A stretch of DNA of 64,000 nt from positions 99,697 through 163,696 of the forward strand of contig JAZKAL010000010.1 of NCBI GenBank assembly GCA_040389205.1, written 5' to 3'. The DNA comes from Bacteroidota bacterium. GTDB lineage: Bacteria > Bacteroidota > Bacteroidia > Sphingobacteriales > Sphingobacteriaceae. Positions 57,799 to 64,000 of the stretch are shown here, piece after piece (position 1 is the first letter of the stretch; each line of letters starts with the position of its first letter). The notes under the pieces are model-generated. The model saw nothing but the letters and a program-made list of their open reading frames with translations, was not told the origin of the DNA and searched no databases. Made by a program: the position numbers and the translations under genes.

Positions 57799-58677
57799 TT
57801 AATAAAAGACGTAATAAAAGGTGAAATTAAAAAATGATTCGCGCCTGTTCTTCAAAGCCCCCTCCACATTTACCGGGATAGAGTATTTGTATGATGCTTC
57901 CAGCGTATAATGCGGCATGTTGTATGCCAGCGGAATTTTAAAGCTATAGTTAAGCATGTTAAACTTAGCATTTGCACGGGCGCGGCGGCCGTTCTCATTT
58001 TGCAGGGCTATGTTATCTATCTCGGGGCGGAACTGGTGATCTAAAGCATAGCGCTGTACAAAGTTTTGTGTACCGAAGATGAGGTTTACCGATGGATTGA
58101 TGGAAAGATAATCCTGATCGTTAAAAATATTAAAGCTGCTCTCGAAATATTTAGAGTTGCTGATGGTAGTAAAAATATCGTATGATTTACCGAAAAGATA
58201 ATCTACCGTAGCGCTGGTTTTTAGATATTTCCAGTCATACGTGTTTTTCCAGTTGATATCGTTCGATGCCGACGATTTGATGATGTTGGCTTCTTTATTA
58301 AATATAAACCGGGTATAGCTTACCGTACCCGTAAACTTTTTAGATAAGCGGTAATAGTAACCACCACCAAGGTCTATTTCATCAACCAGGGGCTTATAAC
58401 CCAAAACCTTTAGTGCCGAGCCGTAAATAAAAAAGCCGGGCTTGGTGTTGAAAATCACATCGGTTGTCATGAACGGGTACTTAATTGGCCCGGTACGGCC
58501 AAAAAACAGCGCGTCGCTGCCATAAGTTATGCCTGCCGATACCGAGTTTTTGCGCACAATAGAGTCTGTATCCGCCACGGCGCGGGTATCCCTATATGCA
58601 ATCAGATCAGGCTTAGGTGTAGCCGCATTTGCTGCATTGCATATTATTATAAATATCAGGGCGCTAAGGTATCTCAT
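57799..58677 (-). CDS. Hypothetical outer-membrane beta-barrel protein
   Basis: Signal peptide, aromatic-rich amphipathic strands, C-terminal FTFYYVFY. Confidence 0.7.
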   Translation of the reverse strand: MRYLSALIFIIICNAANAATPKPDLIAYRDTRAVADTDSIVRKNSVSAGITYGSDALFFGRTGPIKYPFMTTDVIFNTKPGFFIYGSALKVLGYKPLVDEIDLGGGYYYRLSKKFTGTVSYTRFIFNKEANIIKSSASNDINWKNTYDWKYLKTSATVDYLFGKSYDIFTTISNSKYFESSFNIFNDQDYLSINPSVNLIFGTQNFVQRYALDHQFRPEIDNIALQNENGRRARANAKFNMLNYSFKIPLAYNMPHYTLEASYKYSIPVNVEGALKNRRESFFNFTFYYVFY

Positions 58678-59018
58678 TAGTCGTTTCTCCTTGGTATTTC
58701 TGGTGGGCGTTCCAACCCTTCGGGCCTGCGCTGCCGTTTAGGTTTAACTTTTGCCGGGTCAACTGTTTCTATTTTTTCGGGTTTTGGCATTTTTTTAGCC
58801 TTGGCAACCTCTTTAATTTTCTTTTTGTCTTCTTCAGATTGGCGTTGCTTGCCTTTTGTTACAGTTGTATCACGTTGTTGTAACGCAAAATTGGCATTAA
58901 TTGATACAATACTAAAAGCGGGTGATGAATTGCCGCTATAAGCGGAATTATTTTTAGCGTATGACAAGCGTGGCGCGAATATCATTAAAAGTACAATATA
59001 CAAAAACCACTTCGTCAT
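58677..59018 (-). CDS. Small exported basic hypothetical protein
   Basis: Start MTKWFL, signal peptide, Lys/Arg/Glu-rich tail (KPKRQRRPEG); TAATG overlap with the next gene. Confidence 0.65.
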   Translation of the reverse strand: MTKWFLYIVLLMIFAPRLSYAKNNSAYSGNSSPAFSIVSINANFALQQRDTTVTKGKQRQSEEDKKKIKEVAKAKKMPKPEKIETVDPAKVKPKRQRRPEGLERPPEIPRRND

Positions 59019-59185
59019 TTTAGGAGAAAGAAACGCTGAAAGTTTGCAAAGATATGCCGGCTGCATATACCTGCAATTCAATTAAAAATAAATTTGTGTA
59101 AAGTGCGCAAAATATTGGGGGCTTTATCCCTGTTAGATGGCGCGGTAACATTATAATAGGTTATGGCTTAAATATAAGCAAAAGC

Positions 59186-60133
59186 TTACATCATTAAACT
59201 AATATCTTTTGAAGTATAAACGCGGGCCTGGTCATCAACTATAATACAGGCTATTTGGTTTAGCTTATTTATTAAGTATAAGCCGCTGTTTATACCCATG
59301 GCAATAACAGGGTTTGCCATAGCATTTGCCATTTCGGCAGTAGGGGTAATAATGCTCACACGCTTAATTTTGCTAACAGGGAAACCGTTTTCGGGGTTTA
59401 TATCAGTCGATATTTTATTAAGGCTACTGTATTTATCGGTATTGTAAGATGTAGCTACCGCCATATCGCTAATGTTTACATGAGCATAAGGCTGGTTAGC
59501 CAACGATGGATCGGCAGTTGCGATGGTCCATGGTGTATTGTCGGGCTGGAAACCCCAGGTAAGCAAATCGCCGCCGGCATTAATAACACCACTGCTAACA
59601 CCTTCCATTTGTAATATGTATTTAGCCCTGTCGGTAGCATATCCGCGGCTAACGGCGCCAAAACCAATACGCATACCTTTGTTTTTTAGGAACACAGTTT
59701 GGGTCGGTTGGTCTAAAATAACGTTTGTATAGTTGGTTAAATTCGCTTTCTTTTTTAGTGTTTTAACGGCAACAACTTCGTTACCTATGTTATTGTCAAG
59801 GCTAATGGTGCTTGCTGCAGCATAAGTGATATCAAACGTACCGTAAGTAAGTGCCGAGATCTGCAAGGCCCTGTCAATTAAACGAAAAACCTCTGCATCA
59901 ACACGTACCGGTTTAATACCGGCATTGCGGTTTATCTGATTTAGTATGCTGTCTTCGGGGAATGCGCTAAGTAATTTTTCTATCCGGCTTATTTCGGCAA
60001 AAGCACTGTCTATACGGTTAAGTGCCCAAACGGCATCGGTAGCCACCAGGCTTATTTCGAACCGGTTGCCCATTAAGCGCGCTTCGCGGGTGATAATGGT
60101 TGATGCGCCTGTTAAATTTTTTACTGCCAGCAT
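59186..60133 (-). CDS. ApbE/Ftp (FAD:protein FMN transferase) family protein, apparently catalytically degenerate
   Basis: LMGNRFE, FDIT, MRIGFG, GGD and VATS motifs present, but the HIIDP His and the DAxAT Asp/Thr are replaced. Confidence 0.85.
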   Translation of the reverse strand: MLAVKNLTGASTIITREARLMGNRFEISLVATDAVWALNRIDSAFAEISRIEKLLSAFPEDSILNQINRNAGIKPVRVDAEVFRLIDRALQISALTYGTFDITYAAASTISLDNNIGNEVVAVKTLKKKANLTNYTNVILDQPTQTVFLKNKGMRIGFGAVSRGYATDRAKYILQMEGVSSGVINAGGDLLTWGFQPDNTPWTIATADPSLANQPYAHVNISDMAVATSYNTDKYSSLNKISTDINPENGFPVSKIKRVSIITPTAEMANAMANPVIAMGINSGLYLINKLNQIACIIVDDQARVYTSKDISLMM

Positions 60134-60269
60134 AGGTAATTAGCGTTAAGTACAGTTACGTGTGTTGTACATATCCATTACGGTGAGTAATGAGCAAATG
60201 CAACTCCACAAACGCTAAATTAGCCGGCCATTATGAAATTGACATGAAAACCCGTTTATTACAAATAAA

Positions 60270-60292
60270 AAAAGCACCATAAAGGTGCTTTT
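60270..60292. terminator. Terminator downstream of prfA
   Basis: aaaagcacc-ataaa-ggtgctttt. Confidence 0.7.
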
Positions 60293-60313
60293 AATTTTAT
60301 AATTACAATACTG

Positions 60314-61387
60314 TTATGCTGCAGTGCCTTCTTTTAAACGCTCGGCATTCTCTGCAAACTGCAGGGCTTCCATTATCTCCTGCAAGTCGCCATTCATAAC
60401 GCCTGTAAGGTTGTAAATGGTTAAGCCAATGCGGTGTTCGGTTAAACGGCCTTGCGGGTAGTTGTAGGTACGCACTTTCGCGCTCCTGTCACCTGTAGCA
60501 ACCATAGTTTTACGCTTTTTAGATGTTTCTTCGAGGTGTTTTTGTAACTCCATTTCGTAAACACGAGAGCGTAATACGCCTAAAGCCTTGTCATAATTCT
60601 TCAACTGCGATTTCTGATCCTGGCACTGGGCAACAATACCTGTAGGGATGTGCGTTAAACGCACTGCCGAATACGTAGTATTCACCGACTGACCACCCGG
60701 GCCAGATGCACAGAAGAGATCCTTACGGATATCACTCACCTGCAGGTCAATATCAAACTCATCAACCTCGGGCAGTACCACTACCGATGCGGCAGATGTA
60801 TGCACACGGCCCTGGGTTTCGGTATCGGGCACGCGCTGTACACGGTGCACACCGCTTTCGTATTTAAAATTACCGTAAGCATCCTCGGCGTTTACATTGA
60901 AAACGATCTCTTTGTAACCACCTGCGGTACCTTCAGTATAATCTACCAGTTCGGTTTTCCATCCGCGTCGCTCACAATAGCGCATATACATACGGTAAAG
61001 GTCACCTGCAAAAAGCGCGGCCTCATCACCACCTGTACCACCACGGATTTCTATTATAGCATTTTTAGAATCTTCAGGGTCTTTTGGTATCAGCATCAAA
61101 CGGATGCCTTCTTCCATCTCATCCTGCTTAACCAAAAGCTCATCCAGTTCCATTTTAGCCATCTCGCGAAATTCTTCGTCTTTTTCGGTTGCTAAAATTT
61201 CTTTGTTGCTTTCAATGTTGCTCATAACATTTTTGTAAATGTTGTATTGGTCAACAATCTTGGCAAGGTCTTTATATTCTTTATTCAGCTGGGCAAAACG
61301 CTTCATATCAGCCATGGCTTCAGGGCTGCTTAATTCGCCTTCTACAGTTTTCCAGCGTTGGTATATTAACTCTAATTTCTCTAACAT
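60314..61387 (-). CDS. prfA: Peptide chain release factor 1
   Basis: GTGGDEA, YESGVHRVQRVPDT (PxT), GPGGQSVN, RTYNYPQ. Confidence 0.98.
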   Translation of the reverse strand: MLEKLELIYQRWKTVEGELSSPEAMADMKRFAQLNKEYKDLAKIVDQYNIYKNVMSNIESNKEILATEKDEEFREMAKMELDELLVKQDEMEEGIRLMLIPKDPEDSKNAIIEIRGGTGGDEAALFAGDLYRMYMRYCERRGWKTELVDYTEGTAGGYKEIVFNVNAEDAYGNFKYESGVHRVQRVPDTETQGRVHTSAASVVVLPEVDEFDIDLQVSDIRKDLFCASGPGGQSVNTTYSAVRLTHIPTGIVAQCQDQKSQLKNYDKALGVLRSRVYEMELQKHLEETSKKRKTMVATGDRSAKVRTYNYPQGRLTEHRIGLTIYNLTGVMNGDLQEIMEALQFAENAERLKEGTAA

Positions 61388-61533
61388 CTTCTTTTTTGAA
61401 AATCAATTGCAGCACATTGTGGGTTGCTGCAGCCCCGCTTTCCATTAAAGCTTTTTGCCTGCTAACGAGCCGGCACACAAAAGCTTTTTATTACAATCGG
61501 GTTTAGGCTGGTTATTGCACTGCAAAAAACATG

Positions 61534-61541
61534 CAAAAATA
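61534..61541 (-). promoter_or_regulatory. -7 promoter box for prfA, implying a leader of about 140 nt
   Basis: TATTTTTG on the minus strand, 146 nt upstream of the ATG. Confidence 0.5.
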
Positions 61542-61595
61542 CGCATTTATCGGCACATTATAAATTCAGCGGATTGTAAAGAGATGAAGCCCTGA

Positions 61596-61678
61596 AATAT
61601 CGAATGCTGAATGTCGAATATCGAGTGTTGAAGTCTTAGTTACTTCATCATTCAAAATTCAGCATTCGGTGTTCATTA
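61596..61678. repeat. Inverted pair of degenerate 7-mer arrays
   Basis: Left: aatatcg aatgctg aatgtcg aatatcg agtgttg. Right: catcatt caaaatt cagcatt cggtgtt cattatt. CAGCATT is the reverse complement of AATGCTG. Confidence 0.8.
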
Positions 61679-62434
61679 TTATCCACCTTTTTCAAACCAC
61701 TTCAGCTCCAAATCCGCCCCGTCAAACACCGCGTAGGTATTGTAGTTTACCCATTCGCCAAGGTTAACGTAGCGGCTATTATCGGGCAGCGATATATCTA
61801 ATGGCAGGTGCCGGTGACCAAAAACAAAATAATTAAAATGCCGGTTTTTTAACACTTCGAGCGAGTACGCCTCCAGCCATTCCTGCTGGTGCTGTACTTT
61901 TTCTACATCTTTGGCTCCTGCAATGCGGCTTTGTTTCGACCATGCGTTGGCTATACCCACACCTAAATTGGGGTGCAGCCTTGCAAACAGCCATTGGCAT
62001 ACCCTACTGCGGAAGATTTTTTTCAAAAATTTGTATTGCCTGTCGCCGGGGCCAAGGCCATCGCCGTGGTGCAGGTAAAATGTTTTGCCACCACGCTCTA
62101 TGATCAACTCGTTAGTGATAATAGTTGCGCCAAGCTCCTGTACAAAGTAATCAAACATCCACATATCGTGGTTGCCTTTAAACAGGTAAAGCTTTACGCC
62201 TGCATCTGTTAGCTGGGCAAGCTTGCCTAAAAAACGCACATAGCCTTTTGGCACTACCGTTTTGTACTCAAACCAAAAATCAAATACATCGCCCATTAAA
62301 AATAATTCGGCAACATCATCTTTGATCATGTCCAGCCAGCGGATAATACGGTCTTCCCGCTCGCGAGATGAAGCATACCCAGCAGCACCTAAATGGAAAT
62401 CGGAAGCAAAGTATAAGTTTTTACCTATCGGCAT
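61679..62434 (-). CDS. lpxH: UDP-2,3-diacylglucosamine diphosphatase
   Basis: ASDFHLG, MGDVFDFW, GNHD, HHGDG, GHRH, NLGEW metallophosphoesterase motifs. Confidence 0.9.
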   Translation of the reverse strand: MPIGKNLYFASDFHLGAAGYASSREREDRIIRWLDMIKDDVAELFLMGDVFDFWFEYKTVVPKGYVRFLGKLAQLTDAGVKLYLFKGNHDMWMFDYFVQELGATIITNELIIERGGKTFYLHHGDGLGPGDRQYKFLKKIFRSRVCQWLFARLHPNLGVGIANAWSKQSRIAGAKDVEKVQHQQEWLEAYSLEVLKNRHFNYFVFGHRHLPLDISLPDNSRYVNLGEWVNYNTYAVFDGADLELKWFEKGG

Positions 62435-62531
62435 ATTGCTTCAAAAGTACAGGAATAATTGACAGATGGCAAATGAGTGTTTAAGCGAGAATGGTTCGAC
62501 AGCCTCACCATGACTTGGTTGATGTCACTAA

Positions 62532-63089
62532 TTAAAGGCTCACGTTTTGCGGAGGCATATATTCCAGGCGCCTGGCAAAGTAAATATCCCAGCTGCGTTG
62601 CTGCTGGCGGTTAGTCATGTGTTCGGTATCCTCGTCGTAATCGCGGTTTAGCTGTCTGTACTTGGCGTCGATGCGGTTAAATATGGCCATGGCCTCCGCA
62701 TTGTAATTATACGTAAAGCGCGTGCGCTCAATTGCCCTTAACACCTCCTGCTGTTCTAAATAGGCAATGGTGTAGTGGCCTTGCTCGTGCTTTAGTATTT
62801 CGGCAAGTTGCTCGTTGCTGGTTATCCTGGAGTGGTCTATCCACGATTTGTAGTTATTCATATACAAGCGCACATTGGCATGCAGTATATAGGTGTTATT
62901 GTTACGGCTGGCCTGGTATTTAAAATCGATAGTGCAATTGGTGTACGCTATAACACCCCTGCCGTTTGGCCGGGGCACCCCCTGGAAATCGTTTGTTGTT
63001 ATCAGCCTGTGCGGCTGTGCCGAAGCAGGGTTTAACGCGAAACACAGCAAAGCCATAGCGCAAACAGCGCGTAAATATTTAAATATCAT
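62532..63089 (-). CDS. DUF922-like exported protein with HExxH motif
   Basis: Signal peptide, DFQG, ILKHEQGHYTIA, YDEDTEH, QQRSW. Confidence 0.75.
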   Translation of the reverse strand: MIFKYLRAVCAMALLCFALNPASAQPHRLITTNDFQGVPRPNGRGVIAYTNCTIDFKYQASRNNNTYILHANVRLYMNNYKSWIDHSRITSNEQLAEILKHEQGHYTIAYLEQQEVLRAIERTRFTYNYNAEAMAIFNRIDAKYRQLNRDYDEDTEHMTNRQQQRSWDIYFARRLEYMPPQNVSL

Positions 63090-63113
63090 TTATGCCAATG
63101 GTAAAGTAAAACT

Positions 63114-64000
63114 TTACTTTTTGACTTTGTCTGACTGTAAAAGGTTTAAGGCCATCATTTCTTTCATGGTTTGCTGCATACCATCGGTAGAGCCATCCAG
63201 GAAGATAACGTTGCCGTTAGAGTTTTCGGCGAAATGTTTAATAGATTCTGTCCACATGGTGAACAGGATGACAGAGGTATCCATATTAGCTTCCTGCATC
63301 TCTTTGGCGGCAACCGTCATACCCTTGGCTACTTCCTCGCGGAACAAAGCTATACCTTGCCCGCGCAGTTGCGCTGCCTGGCGCTCGGCCTCGGCAGAAA
63401 TTTTTATGGCGTTACCTTCGGCTTCGGCAGCTTTGGTTTTGGTAATTAGTAATGCCTGGCCTTCGTTCTCGGCAGCAGCTTTAAGGTTGTTAGATGCCAC
63501 CACCTGGCTCATCGATTTCATGATGATGTCATCAAACGTAATATCATTCAATTGAAGATCCTGAAGATGGTAACCCCAGCCTTCCAATATGGTATCTAAT
63601 TGTTCTTTTACGTGTTCTACAATATCACGGCGTAGTATCAACACCTCGCTTTGGCGTTTGGTTGCTACAAACGCGCGGATAGAACCTTCTACCGTACGGA
63701 TCAAAGCCTGCATCAGGTTGCGCTCGTCAACAAATTTAAAGGCCACGTTTTTAATCGCTTCTTCCGACTGGTCTAAAACAGAATATAGCAACATGGCTTT
63801 AAAATACACATTGGCCTGGTCAAACGTTACTGCCTGAAATTCAAGTTCCACAGAACGGTTTTGGATCGAGATCTTCGAATAGATATTTTCGATAAGCGGG
63901 ATCTTGAAATTTAATCCCGGTGTAAGAATGCGGCGGTATTTGCCAAATACGGTAACCACCGCAATGGTGCCCTGCTTCACCGTTACAAATGATGAAAGTG
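63114..64000 (-). CDS. SPFH (band 7) domain protein; 5' end lies beyond the window
   Basis: VFGKY, PGLNFKIP, EGSIR, LQLNDI, AEAEG, AEAER. The frame stays open to base 64000 (LSSFVTVKQG). Confidence 0.92.
   Translation of the reverse strand, partial: LSSFVTVKQGTIAVVTVFGKYRRILTPGLNFKIPLIENIYSKISIQNRSVELEFQAVTFDQANVYFKAMLLYSVLDQSEEAIKNVAFKFVDERNLMQALIRTVEGSIRAFVATKRQSEVLILRRDIVEHVKEQLDTILEGWGYHLQDLQLNDITFDDIIMKSMSQVVASNNLKAAAENEGQALLITKTKAAEAEGNAIKISAEAERQAAQLRGQGIALFREEVAKGMTVAAKEMQEANMDTSVILFTMWTESIKHFAENSNGNVIFLDGSTDGMQQTMKEMMALNLLQSDKVKK

Overview
Chromosomal region from a Bacteroidota genome, most likely Sphingobacteriaceae (Mucilaginibacter/Pedobacter-like). The assignment rests on the fused lpxC-fabZ gene, the HD-porX-tsaE-ald cluster, TAnnTTTG -7 promoter boxes and SD-less starts. 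Most of the ~50 genes are housekeeping or envelope genes: ffh, comM/yifB, efp, lpxD-lpxC/fabZ-lpxA, porX, tsaE, xth, a cyclophilin, thrABC, rsgA, dtd, degP, dapF, an SNF2 helicase, prfA, lpxH, two outer-membrane receptors, proteases and a two-component system. I found no tRNA, rRNA, CRISPR array, transposase or integrase. The main accessory element is a solitary, AT-rich, AbiK-like (class 1 UG/Abi) reverse transcriptase at 4822-6498, just upstream of an intact comM. It has a YVDD active site, a helical C-terminal domain and an unusual acidic, Tyr/Phe-rich tail. Other notable observations: (1) a DUF2946/CruR-like upstream ORF with CxxC motifs and a RAPP arrest motif in front of a TonB-dependent receptor; (2) an unannotated Thr/Ile leader peptide with a complete attenuator for thrABC; (3) a 94-bp gapless dispersed repeat (29369-29462 and 47023-47116) oriented the same way behind two stop codons; (4) several families of intergenic palindromes and degenerate 7-mer arrays; (5) an ApbE paralog that has lost its catalytic residues; (6) an EF-P with Asn at the modification site; (7) a collagen-like lipoprotein. 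All assignments come from reading motifs by eye; no database searches were run.
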